Assembly (NCBI GenBank): GCA_964011335.1
Contig: CAXGOF010000002.1
Location: forward strand, 1-34,561
Length of the DNA stretch: 34,561 nt
Direction: 5' to 3'
Origin: an uncultured bacterium
GTDB lineage: Bacteria; Planctomycetota; UBA1135
The position numbers and the translations under genes are program-made. This document shows positions 8,514-16,976 of the stretch, piece after piece. The notes under the pieces are model-generated. The model saw only the letters and a program-made list of their open reading frames with translations, was not told the origin of the DNA and searched no databases. Numbering within the stretch: position 1 is the first letter of the stretch; the number at the start of each line of letters is the position of its first letter.

Positions 8514-9867
8514 TATTTTCGAAGAGCAAGAGAAGATCGCTGGTATCTAAATCTGGATTGACCAACACCAGGCGGATCACTTTTTCTCCGCGGACATTGG
8601 CGTGACCAATAATCGCCTCGCCACTTGCATGCAGCAGATCACAAAGTTGGACGGGATCAGCATCTTTTGCATTAAAGCAAACGGTTAAGTAATCAGGCCT
8701 TTGGCAAAGCTCAAAGTCTGGCGACTGCTCGATGTAATCAGCAGCAAATTTTGCAAGCGAAAACAGTTTGTCGAGGCGTTGATGCCAACCGTTATCACCA
8801 ACTGCTTGCCACGCTGCCCAGAGTTTGAGTGCATCATTGCGGCGCCCGCATTGAATGGAACGTAAGCCTGGGTTTAATTCCTCGTTGTCCGCTTGGAATA
8901 AATACTCAGCGTCTTGTTGAACGCTTTTTGAGAGTTTACCTTGGTGCTTGCAAAGCAACATCGAGCAGGTCAGGGGCACACCCATTACTTTATGCGCATC
9001 CCAAGTTATGGAGTCTGTGTGCTCAATACCATCGAGCAATACGCGCTGTTGCTTATGCAGCAAAGCCGCACCACCAAAGGCGCCGTCGGCATGCAACCAA
9101 ATATTATGCTTGCGGCAGACTTCTGCCATTTCCCTTAGTGGGTCGAATGCGCCAAGCACTGTGGTCCCGCAAGTTGCTATTACGGCGCACGGCATGCAGC
9201 CATCAGCAATGTCGTTTTCGATGGCCACGGCTAAATCGTCGACGGATATTCTGCCGTAGTAGTCACATTTAATCTTGCGCACATTTTGCCGCCCAATGCC
9301 CAGCATCGCAGCAGCTTTGTCAACGGAGTAATGAGATTGGGCCGAAACGTAAAAAGTATGGGTGCGTCCGTCGCTACCGTGCTCTTTAAAGTTCGGGTTC
9401 GCGCGATCGCGACCCATCATCATGCCAATAAAATTTGCCAGAGACCCGCCAGGGCATATGATACCTTCGGCGTTGCTAAAGCCTGCGAAACCAGCCATGT
9501 GCTGCACCAATTGTTGCTCGACCAAGACTTGAGCCCCAGCGGCCTTATAAGTGTACATCGATACGTTGAGTAAAGATGTAATCATGTCAGCTGCCGCAGC
9601 GTAATTTTGTCGTCCACCAAAAAGCTGGTTTAGAAAGCGTGTGCTGCTTGTTTTAGGAGTGGCTTGCAATATAGCTTCGAGGCGCGAGAACACTTCAGCT
9701 TGAGCGACGCCATCGCTTGGCAAGCTAAGCACTAGTTTTTCAGCTAGCTCCTCGGGGCTCTGGCGCGGTATTGGCTCGGAGTTCTGTTCGAGCTGTAGCA
9801 GCTTTTCGGCGAGTTCGAAGGTGTCTTTTAGCAGTGATTGCATGGTGAATGGCGGATAGTCTAGCAT
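8479..9867 (-). CDS. Group II PLP-dependent decarboxylase of the animal GAD/CSAD type; probable cysteine-sulfinate (sulfinoalanine)/aspartate decarboxylase
   Basis: 462 aa, collinear with human CSAD. Shared segments are RFLNQLF, NVSMYTY, CPGGSLAN, TCGTTVLGAFDP, the PLP-lysine context SITWDAHK, and IQCGRRNDALKLWAAW. Confidence 0.85.
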   Translation of the reverse strand: MLDYPPFTMQSLLKDTFELAEKLLQLEQNSEPIPRQSPEELAEKLVLSLPSDGVAQAEVFSRLEAILQATPKTSSTRFLNQLFGGRQNYAAAADMITSLLNVSMYTYKAAGAQVLVEQQLVQHMAGFAGFSNAEGIICPGGSLANFIGMMMGRDRANPNFKEHGSDGRTHTFYVSAQSHYSVDKAAAMLGIGRQNVRKIKCDYYGRISVDDLAVAIENDIADGCMPCAVIATCGTTVLGAFDPLREMAEVCRKHNIWLHADGAFGGAALLHKQQRVLLDGIEHTDSITWDAHKVMGVPLTCSMLLCKHQGKLSKSVQQDAEYLFQADNEELNPGLRSIQCGRRNDALKLWAAWQAVGDNGWHQRLDKLFSLAKFAADYIEQSPDFELCQRPDYLTVCFNAKDADPVQLCDLLHASGEAIIGHANVRGEKVIRLVLVNPDLDTSDLLLLFENIVATRARFISA

Positions 9868-9947
9868 CGCGGGGGAAGGTCTGGAGCTCCTATATTTTCA
9901 TCCAGTCTTCACAGCAAATTCTTGTTCTTTGACATACAATATCCGCC

Positions 9948-11006
9948 ATGAAAATAAAAACATCTAGTTTAATGGCCTGTATCGCAGGTGTGATTGTGCT
10001 GTCAGGCTCTGCCAACGCTCAGCAAGAGGACCCTTGGTCTATTTATGGCGACGCGCGAGTCCGCGCCGAGTTCAATAACACTGAAGGTAGCAGCGATCGC
10101 CATCGCATGCGTATGCGCTTACGCGCTGGGGCAAAGTACCAAGCAAGTGATTCACTCTTGTTCAATTTCCGTATGGTGACGGGTGACTCAGACAACCCAA
10201 ACAGTGTGCACCAAGATGCTGGCGATGCATTTAATACATTTAATGTATCACTCGATCGCTTGAACTTCGACTGGTCCATGTCCGAGCACGTCAACATGTT
10301 GGCCGGCAAGATTGGCAATCCAGTTTTTAGGAACCCGGTCTACGGTGAATTTGTCTGGGATGGCGATGTGGCTCCTGAAGGAATAGCTTTCGTATCCGAA
10401 TATGACGACTTTAATTTTTCTTTTGGTCAATATGCCGTCTCTGAGGCTAGCAAGGGAGAAGATGCCTGGATGTCTGTCACGTCAATGGACACATCCATGG
10501 GGGACTTTACTGTTGGTGGCTCATACTCATTCTATGGAGATATGAATGGTAAGGGGATTGTTAGCGGAGAAAATCGCACCAATCGTGTTGCAGGAGACAG
10601 CTTCGTTTCAGACTTCGGCATCGTTGATATTAATTTAGCCTATAACGTTGGTGCAATAACGGCATCTTTTGAGGCCATCGAAAATATACGCGCCGACGAT
10701 TCTGTCGACTCATCTGGCACGGCCTTTGGTTTGGCATATAAGATGGAGAACGACGACAAGTTTTATATTACGACTCAATCCATTGATCAAGATGCTATTT
10801 TTACTGGCTTCTCTCAAGATGATACTTTAGGCCAAGCGAGTAACTACAGTGGGCAAATCCTTGGGTATAAGACCAAGTTAGATAATGGCTTAGGCATGCA
10901 TGTTTGGGGTATGGCCATTACACCACTCGATACCGTGGTTGATGACGGTAATGACATTGACGAGACGGAATACCGCTTCCGGATAGACTTTAATCTTAAG
11001 TTCTAG
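9948..11006 (+). CDS. Outer-membrane beta-barrel porin (putative-porin family)
   Basis: 352 aa with signal peptide MKIKTSSLMACIAGVIVLSGSANA. The N-terminus shows an YGDARVRAEF...RMRMRLRAG pattern, followed by alternating amphipathic strands. The C-terminus ends in Phe (FNLKF). Confidence 0.75.
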   Translation: MKIKTSSLMACIAGVIVLSGSANAQQEDPWSIYGDARVRAEFNNTEGSSDRHRMRMRLRAGAKYQASDSLLFNFRMVTGDSDNPNSVHQDAGDAFNTFNVSLDRLNFDWSMSEHVNMLAGKIGNPVFRNPVYGEFVWDGDVAPEGIAFVSEYDDFNFSFGQYAVSEASKGEDAWMSVTSMDTSMGDFTVGGSYSFYGDMNGKGIVSGENRTNRVAGDSFVSDFGIVDINLAYNVGAITASFEAIENIRADDSVDSSGTAFGLAYKMENDDKFYITTQSIDQDAIFTGFSQDDTLGQASNYSGQILGYKTKLDNGLGMHVWGMAITPLDTVVDDGNDIDETEYRFRIDFNLKF

Positions 11007-11032
11007 ACCTAGACTCGTTCTCCGACGTTTTT

Positions 11033-11079
11033 AAGTTAGCATTAAGGTTTCTCTTAATGCTAACTTTTCACTTTTTATT
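11033..11079 (+). terminator. Rho-independent terminator downstream of the porin gene
   Basis: A perfect 14-bp stem (aagttagcattaag / cttaatgctaactt) encloses a 6-nt loop (gtttct). The 3' flank is T-rich (ttttcactttttatt). Confidence 0.75.
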
Positions 11080-11094
11080 GTCGCATGCTATACT
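11065..11094 (+). promoter_or_regulatory. Candidate sigma70-type promoter with an extended -10 (TGcTATACT) for the esterase gene
   Basis: TTTTCA (11065..11070), 18-nt spacer, TATACT (11089..11094) preceded by TGc. It lies ~38 nt upstream of the ATG at 11132. Motif match only. Confidence 0.3.
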
Positions 11095-11131
11095 CAAGTG
11101 TGTCTGCTTCCTCTGAGGTTAAGTTAAAAAT

Positions 11132-12523
11132 ATGTTTTTAGGTTTCATTCTAGTTAGTTCCCTGAGCTTTGCTTCCTCCCAAATATCTTTTGTGGAGCAG
11201 CCTCAAGACGGGCAGTTCTATTGTCGTGACTTGATAACAAATGAAGCCGTTGTCCCAGTGAATGGTTCTATTGCGACCCTTGATGTCGACGAGTTGGCGC
11301 TGATTGTTTTTAAGGACGGGGTCTATTACAAGTCTGATGTCGAATCTCTTATCTATACAAATGGGCAAGCCTCATTCGATTTGGCTGTGACGATTGCTGC
11401 TGGATTACATAATTATAATTTCTATCTTTATGCTCAGAAATCCGGAATACGTAGGCAAATCATGTCTGCTCGGCGTATAGTTTGCGGCGATGCTTTCATC
11501 ATAGATGGCCAATCAAATGCAGTTGCTAGCGATTATCATCAAGAGGGATTGGCTAATGAGTCACAGTCGAATTGGGTTCGTTCATATGGCACTGCTTCTT
11601 TAAATGCAGCAGATGTCCCTATTGATGCAGAGTGGTATATCGCCGATGGTATAGGTGCCTACTCTTCTGGCTGTGTCGGGGCTTGGGCTCTTCGATGCGC
11701 CAATCGCTTGATGGATTACCTGCAGATGCCCATCGCGGTCATTAACGGCGCGGTTGGTGGCACAATGATCGCATGGCATTTGAGAGACAATCTTGACCCA
11801 GAGAACCTCAGCACCATATATGGTCGTTTGCTATACCGAGCTAATAAATCTGGTTTAGCTTCGAAGGCGCGTGCCATTATCTGGCATCAGGGTGAGAGTG
11901 ATGGCCAGGGAGACCCATTAACCTACCTTGCAAATTGGGATATTATGCGCAGTACCTGGGCAGAAGACTATCCCAATGTAACTAACGTATTTCTTTTCCA
12001 AATCAGAGATGGATGTGGAGTCAGTGGAGATCTAGACATTCGTGACTTACAGCGGCAGATGCCCGATTTGTACGATGATGTAACCGTTATCCCTACCACT
12101 GGTATTAACGAGCACGATGGCTGCCATTTCTTTTACCAAGGCTATAAAACAATGGGTACTTGGGCGGCGGCAGCAATAGCGCGTGTACTTTATGACGCGA
12201 CTTTCCCTTCAAGTGGATATCCGCCTCGAGTTGCGTCTGCTACATTTACTTCATCGTCGCAAGATTCCGTCGAATTGATTTTTCATGACCTAAATCAAGA
12301 CTTGTTGTTAGATCAAAATATAGAAGGCCGTTTCTCTTTAGTAGGGGGTGGCGCAGAAACAGTTTTGAGCGCAACCGCGACACCAGGCAAAATTACTTTA
12401 CAACTATCAGGGCCAACCTCTGCCACGGAGATTGGTTTTCTTGGCAACAGTGGGGCTGGCCCTTGGATAACAAATCAATTCGGTGTAGGCGCCTTTACTT
12501 TTAAGTTGCCGATTCTGCCTTAA
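11132..12523 (+). CDS. Secreted SASA/DUF303-type carbohydrate O-acetylesterase (SGNH-like)
   Basis: 463 aa with an N-terminal signal-like segment. It carries the IIDGQSNAV (GQSN) and IIWHQGESD motifs typical of sialate O-acetylesterase-family enzymes. Confidence 0.75.
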   Translation: MFLGFILVSSLSFASSQISFVEQPQDGQFYCRDLITNEAVVPVNGSIATLDVDELALIVFKDGVYYKSDVESLIYTNGQASFDLAVTIAAGLHNYNFYLYAQKSGIRRQIMSARRIVCGDAFIIDGQSNAVASDYHQEGLANESQSNWVRSYGTASLNAADVPIDAEWYIADGIGAYSSGCVGAWALRCANRLMDYLQMPIAVINGAVGGTMIAWHLRDNLDPENLSTIYGRLLYRANKSGLASKARAIIWHQGESDGQGDPLTYLANWDIMRSTWAEDYPNVTNVFLFQIRDGCGVSGDLDIRDLQRQMPDLYDDVTVIPTTGINEHDGCHFFYQGYKTMGTWAAAAIARVLYDATFPSSGYPPRVASATFTSSSQDSVELIFHDLNQDLLLDQNIEGRFSLVGGGAETVLSATATPGKITLQLSGPTSATEIGFLGNSGAGPWITNQFGVGAFTFKLPILP

Positions 12524-12529
12524 AGGCAT

Positions 12530-13333
12530 TTATCCATAAGACTCAAAGCGAATATCAAAGCTACCGTCTTCACGCGCTTCTTTTTTCGTCACGAAGCCAT
12601 CTGCCTGAACGGCTTCTTTAACGCTGTCGACGGTGCCGCCGAATCCACAAATGTAGAAGCAAGTGTTGTCAGGAGTAAATTTCTCGCCAGCTGCGCGCTC
12701 GGCAGCCGACCACCCATCTTCGCCAGGCTGAATGATGGATTCAACGCGTCCAGTTAAACCATCCCAGTCGGCATTAGCCTCTTCATCCGGACGGCTTACC
12801 GATGCTAAATATTTAAAGTCGTAGCCCTCTTCCTTTTCAAGGGCTAACAGTTCATCGCGGTATCCGAGTTCGTTGATGTAGCTCACGCCATGACACAGAA
12901 TAATCTGACGATCCGTTTTATGCTCGAACATGCTTGCTGCCGCAGACATAAAGGGTGCAACACCAGTTCCGCCCCCTATTAATATGATGCGGCGCTTATC
13001 CGGAGTGCCATCTGGAAACTCATGGGCAATCGAAAAAGCACCCTTAGGGTCTTTGTATTCCACTTCATCGCCGACGCCAAGCGGCCACAACATCGTAGTG
13101 AACTTGCCCAACACGGGCCACTTTGCCCAGCGAATGTATAGCTCGAGATAATCTTTCTGCTCAGGGTTGCTAGAAATTGAATATGGGCGCCACAAAATCT
13201 TGCCTTCCTTCTCAGGGTGCGGCAGTCCGATTGTGGAGAATTGGCCAGGCTTAAAGTCTGGCACGTCAACGTTGAAGCGGAAGATTGATAATGAATCTGT
13301 CAGATCTTCGCGGTAGATGATTTTAGCTTTCAT
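12530..13333 (-). CDS. fpr: Ferredoxin/flavodoxin-NADP+ reductase
   Basis: 267 aa with the FAD-binding RPYSISS motif and the NAD(P)-binding LIGGGTGVAPF motif. Confidence 0.85.
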   Translation of the reverse strand: MKAKIIYREDLTDSLSIFRFNVDVPDFKPGQFSTIGLPHPEKEGKILWRPYSISSNPEQKDYLELYIRWAKWPVLGKFTTMLWPLGVGDEVEYKDPKGAFSIAHEFPDGTPDKRRIILIGGGTGVAPFMSAAASMFEHKTDRQIILCHGVSYINELGYRDELLALEKEEGYDFKYLASVSRPDEEANADWDGLTGRVESIIQPGEDGWSAAERAAGEKFTPDNTCFYICGFGGTVDSVKEAVQADGFVTKKEAREDGSFDIRFESYG

Positions 13334-13425
13334 ATTTTAGGTTGCGAGCGCATTAGACGATGAACAATGCCAAGACCAATTTTAGGCGTAAGCTCTTCTC
13401 GATTAAACCATAGCGAGTCTCATTT

Positions 13426-13467
13426 TTTCCTTAAAACGATTCCAGGCGGCTTGCTGGCTGTGCTGTA
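13426..13467 (+). repeat. Direct repeat copy A (duplicate of the 5' coding segment of the downstream gene)
   Basis: tttccttaaaacgattccaggcggcttgctgg-ctgtgctgta. Identical to 13624..13668 except for a 3-nt (ccg) indel. Confidence 0.9.
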
Positions 13468-13582
13468 AAGTTTTGAGGGAATGAGCATTATACAAAGGGG
13501 ATAGGGGACGATACCCTATGCACGCAGGACATAAGAGGGCTTCTGTCTGTACTTAAAGGCTGCATAGTTGATAATAAGAACC

Positions 13583-15706
13583 ATGACCCAAGTTCATCGT
13601 AATTACTACCGGAGAGTGCTTGCTTTCCTTAAAACGATTCCAGGCGGCTTGCTGGCCGCTGTGCTGTATTGCTCCCTGATTTTGGTATTTGCGACATGCA
13701 ATGGTGACCCTAAGGTAGTGGCTCCTGTGACGCCAATGGAGATTCAGACAGAGCGCATGACACGCTCAGAAGCATTGATTATCGCATGGGGCAAGATAGG
13801 CTACCTCACCGGGTTCGCTGAGGCATTGCAGGGCAAAAAGTTTCCAGACAATGGCTGTGCTAAATATTTTGCTGAAACATTTGAGTTCAGTGGTATTGAG
13901 GAGCACTTTCCAGAATACGACACTGTTATGAATGGGGGGACAGCAGGGAAACGCCACTGGAATCTAGATGATGAGTTGATCACGTACTACAACGGTGCGG
14001 GTGAGGCTCCAGCGGGCGCTAAAGACTGGTCTGAATTCGACTTGTATAGCAGCCTGTTCGCTGAGGTTGACTATTTCCATTCCGCTAGCCTCAAGGTACA
14101 TCTTCCTGTTCCACGTTGGATAGATCCAGAAACCATGACTCAATGGCAAGTTGGCTTCAAATTCAATGCAAAGGCAAAAATGAAAAACGGCCGCCTTGCT
14201 GAAATTAAAGGATGGCAAGATGTAATCTGGGAGCACGACCCATCAACGCGCAACGAGTTAGATCCAGAAGACCAAATATGGAAGATCATTTCTTGGAAGG
14301 TGACTTCACTGGCCACAATTGAAACGGATGACTGGCTTTTCGAGGAAGTTTTAGACCGTGTCATCCCTGACAGCGCTGCTCTCGAGTTGGCGCGCCAGTC
14401 CATCCACGAAGAGCAAGTGCGCGATTTTTTAAAGGCGCGCAAGTTAGGCAAGGAATTCGAGAAGCCGTACCCGCAATGGCAGGTAGCTGCTGGCGAGCGC
14501 CACCCGACTGTTTCCGTAGTTGACCTCGACGAGGACGGCTTCGATGATTTTTATGTCCAAGAGCGGCACGGGCGTAACCTGTTTTTCCATAATAATGGCA
14601 ACGGTACGTTTAAGGAGATTGGGCGCGAACTGGGACTCGACTTCGATGGCCAGACATCTTCGGCGACATTCTCTGACTTCGACAATGATGGCGACAAAGA
14701 TGTGTTTATCGGTGGCTCTCTACGCCGGAGCATCATCATGGAAAACGTTGATGGCCGTTTTGTAAACCGCTCTGGAGACTGGATAGCTGAAGACAATCTA
14801 CCGTTCAATACTGGCGGCGCGACAGTCGTTGACTTTGACGGCGATGGCTTGAATGATATTTACATATCGACATATGCCGCTTACTTTGCGCAACGCGCGA
14901 TAAAGGCTCTGCAGGGCGATGCAGCAGTTAAATCTTCTGGTGAAGGTGATGAGCGCATTACGACTACCACCGACTATGCGGTGAATGAGCTTCAAGAGTT
15001 CATGCGCGAAGAAGATTTCGCTAAGCTCCTGCCTCTTTACGTCGCAGCGGCTGAAGGCTCGACTTTGTACCGTAGTCGCCCAGGACCGCCGAACTTATTG
15101 TTGCGCAATATAGGGAACGGCAAGTTTGAAGAACATGTTTTGCCGGATGCCTTGAGTATCTTTCACAACACTTTCCAGACTACATGGAGCGATATCGATA
15201 ATGATGGTGATTTCGACTTCTACTCCGCTAACGACTTCGCGCCTAACTTCTTGATTAGAAATGATGGTGGCGGCAAGTTCACTGATATAACCCAACAAGC
15301 GAATGTCGCCGACGTTGGCTTTGGTATGGGAGTTGCGTTTGGCGACTACGACAACGATGGCTCTCAGGATTTGTATGTGACTAACATGTTCTCGAAGGCG
15401 GCGCGGCGTGTGACTTCTTTCTTCACTCCGGGTCGCATTAACTACGATGCCGACTTGTTGCAGGGCCAAGGCATTGATCCGTTATTCGAGCAACTCGGTC
15501 GCGGTAATTCTATGTACCATAATAACGGCGAAGGTGAATGGTCTAAAGTTTCTGAAGTCGGCCAAGCCATGCACGCTACCGAGTTCGGTGGCTGGGGATG
15601 GGGAGCTCAGTTCGCAGACTTTAATAACGATGGCTTCCTCGACTTGTATGGCCCGGCTGGTTATTACACTGCGCCAGAAGATCAAAAACGTAATGTCGAC
15701 TTGTGA
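13583..15706 (+). CDS. FG-GAP/VCBS-repeat protein, N-terminal part of a CRTAC1 (ASPIC/UnbV)-family gene; ends at an in-frame TGA
   Basis: The likely ATG is at 13583; the ORF track begins at the TTG at 13568. An N-terminal membrane anchor is present. At least six Ca-binding DxDxDG-type FG-GAP repeats occur (DLDEDGFDDF, DFDNDGDKDV, DFDGDGLNDIY, DIDNDGDFDF, DYDNDGSQDLY, DFNNDGFLDLY). Confidence 0.8.
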   Translation: MTQVHRNYYRRVLAFLKTIPGGLLAAVLYCSLILVFATCNGDPKVVAPVTPMEIQTERMTRSEALIIAWGKIGYLTGFAEALQGKKFPDNGCAKYFAETFEFSGIEEHFPEYDTVMNGGTAGKRHWNLDDELITYYNGAGEAPAGAKDWSEFDLYSSLFAEVDYFHSASLKVHLPVPRWIDPETMTQWQVGFKFNAKAKMKNGRLAEIKGWQDVIWEHDPSTRNELDPEDQIWKIISWKVTSLATIETDDWLFEEVLDRVIPDSAALELARQSIHEEQVRDFLKARKLGKEFEKPYPQWQVAAGERHPTVSVVDLDEDGFDDFYVQERHGRNLFFHNNGNGTFKEIGRELGLDFDGQTSSATFSDFDNDGDKDVFIGGSLRRSIIMENVDGRFVNRSGDWIAEDNLPFNTGGATVVDFDGDGLNDIYISTYAAYFAQRAIKALQGDAAVKSSGEGDERITTTTDYAVNELQEFMREEDFAKLLPLYVAAAEGSTLYRSRPGPPNLLLRNIGNGKFEEHVLPDALSIFHNTFQTTWSDIDNDGDFDFYSANDFAPNFLIRNDGGGKFTDITQQANVADVGFGMGVAFGDYDNDGSQDLYVTNMFSKAARRVTSFFTPGRINYDADLLQGQGIDPLFEQLGRGNSMYHNNGEGEWSKVSEVGQAMHATEFGGWGWGAQFADFNNDGFLDLYGPAGYYTAPEDQKRNVDL
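13624..13668 (+). repeat. Direct repeat copy B (inside the FG-GAP gene, encoding FLKTIPGGLLAAVL)
   Basis: Same sequence as 13426..13467 plus ccg. It lies within codons ~14-29 of the CDS starting at 13583. Confidence 0.9.
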
Positions 15707-15746
15707 AGCGACTTCTGGCGCTCCGTGGTTCGCGGAGACAAGGAAG
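15704..15746 (+). other. In-frame TGA followed by a stem-loop (candidate recoding element or nonsense lesion)
   Basis: TGA at 15704..15706 is in the same frame as both flanking ORFs. A 17-nt hairpin CTCCG-tggttcg-CGGAG lies at 15721..15737. It is flanked by complementary CTTC (15712..15715) and GAAG (15743..15746). Confidence 0.5.
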
Positions 15747-16894
15747 CTAATATTAAGCGAGGCCAAGACGTTGGCGTTGTAATAGATCCAGGACAAATCG
15801 GTTCGGGCGCATCCTTTTCTGGTGCTGAGCCTAACCATTTTTGGTTGAATATTGATGGTAAAGAATTCTCTACACAATCCGGAATTTCTGGTGCCGACCA
15901 CAGAGGTGACGGGCGAGCAATAGCCTTATTCGACTACGATCGTGATGGCTATCAAGATTTCGTGCTCGTTGGTGGCAACCGACCTTACGTGCAACTTTAC
16001 CGCAACAAAATCGGTGATTTGATGCCAGGCGATTCTACTTATCAACCTATTTATATTCGTTTGATCGGAGGCAACAAGGCTGCGTCCTCGTCTACGGAAT
16101 GGACTTCACGTGACGGAATTGGAGCTAAGGTGGTTCTTAAGTCTGGCGACCTAAACATCTCTCGTGAATTACGTTGCGGTGAAGGACTTGCTGCGCAAAA
16201 CTCGAGCACTATGCCGATTGGCATTGGCGACAATAAGTCAGCCAGTTTCGTGGTAAAGTGGCCAACGGGAAAAATCACTGAAGTTGCGCATGCCGCACCG
16301 GGGCAAGTGATTACTGTTTATGAGAATCCTGCCGAAGCTGCGAGCAGCAATTCTTTTGTCGTAAGTAGCATTTCTAAAGTCGCCAAGGGCGTGTCGCAAG
16401 AAGTGTTGGCTGCTAAGACCCACGCCGATGCTGAGACTAGCCAGCGGTTGCTCGATATGAGCGCACCATACACCAAGGCTAAGTACCGCCTGTTTACAAC
16501 TTGGTTTACCGGTTGCATGGCGTGTAAGGCCGCTGCTCCTAAGCTCGATGCAATCAGCAAACACTTTGATGATGCTGAATTGCAAGTGCTCGGTTTTAAC
16601 AATGACTCTGGTGATGACAAGGCTGACATGGCAAAGTACATGAAAACCTACATGCCATCTTATGTAATGATGACCGAGCGTAGCGAGGATGATATTGACC
16701 TGTTTAAAGAGGAGCAAGATAGGTTGACGCCTAAGTATGAGCGCAATGGCGAAGAAGAATTGGCTTCAATCCTGACTCCTTCTGTAATGCTCATTGATGA
16801 CAAAGGGCTCGTGGTCTTTACCGATATTGGTGTGCCAACGTACTCTAAGTTGAAGCAGGTTATTCTTGAGTGGGAGGGCCGACCTGACTTTTAG
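15725..16894 (+). CDS. C-terminal part of the same CRTAC1-family gene: UnbV/ASPIC segment plus TlpA-like thioredoxin domain (CMAC)
   Basis: Same frame as 13583..15706. The 18 nt between the TGA and the GTG at 15725 are stop-free (SDFWRS). The UnbV/ASPIC-like segment reads DGIGAKVVLKSGD...RCGEGLAAQNSSTMPIGIG. The C-terminal redoxin-like fold has WFTGCMACKAAAPKL and TPSVMLIDDKGLVV. Confidence 0.75.
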   Translation: MVRGDKEANIKRGQDVGVVIDPGQIGSGASFSGAEPNHFWLNIDGKEFSTQSGISGADHRGDGRAIALFDYDRDGYQDFVLVGGNRPYVQLYRNKIGDLMPGDSTYQPIYIRLIGGNKAASSSTEWTSRDGIGAKVVLKSGDLNISRELRCGEGLAAQNSSTMPIGIGDNKSASFVVKWPTGKITEVAHAAPGQVITVYENPAEAASSNSFVVSSISKVAKGVSQEVLAAKTHADAETSQRLLDMSAPYTKAKYRLFTTWFTGCMACKAAAPKLDAISKHFDDAELQVLGFNNDSGDDKADMAKYMKTYMPSYVMMTERSEDDIDLFKEEQDRLTPKYERNGEEELASILTPSVMLIDDKGLVVFTDIGVPTYSKLKQVILEWEGRPDF

Positions 16895-16976
16895 TGATGA
16901 TTAACTCAGCACTTATCCCTGACAGCTGATAAGGTATGGTCAGGGCCACTAGGACCCACAATTACTGCCTCAAGCC

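Noticed and set aside
11120-11131. TAAGTT 6 nt upstream of the ATG at 11132 as a further leaderless-type -10 element.
   Set aside because: The call is ambiguous. A better extended -10 (TGcTATACT, 11086..11094) lies upstream and would give a ~30-nt leader. The run of A/T next to the ATG may simply be the initiation context.
16912-16945. Interleaved inverted repeats between the FG-GAP/ASPIC gene and fabH: CTTATC/GATAAG (16912..16917 and 16928..16933) and CCCTGAC/GTCAGGG (16917..16923 and 16939..16945). These could form a terminator, attenuator or pseudoknot.
   Set aside because: The stems are short, there is no U-tract, and no known regulatory family matches. The evidence is too weak to call.
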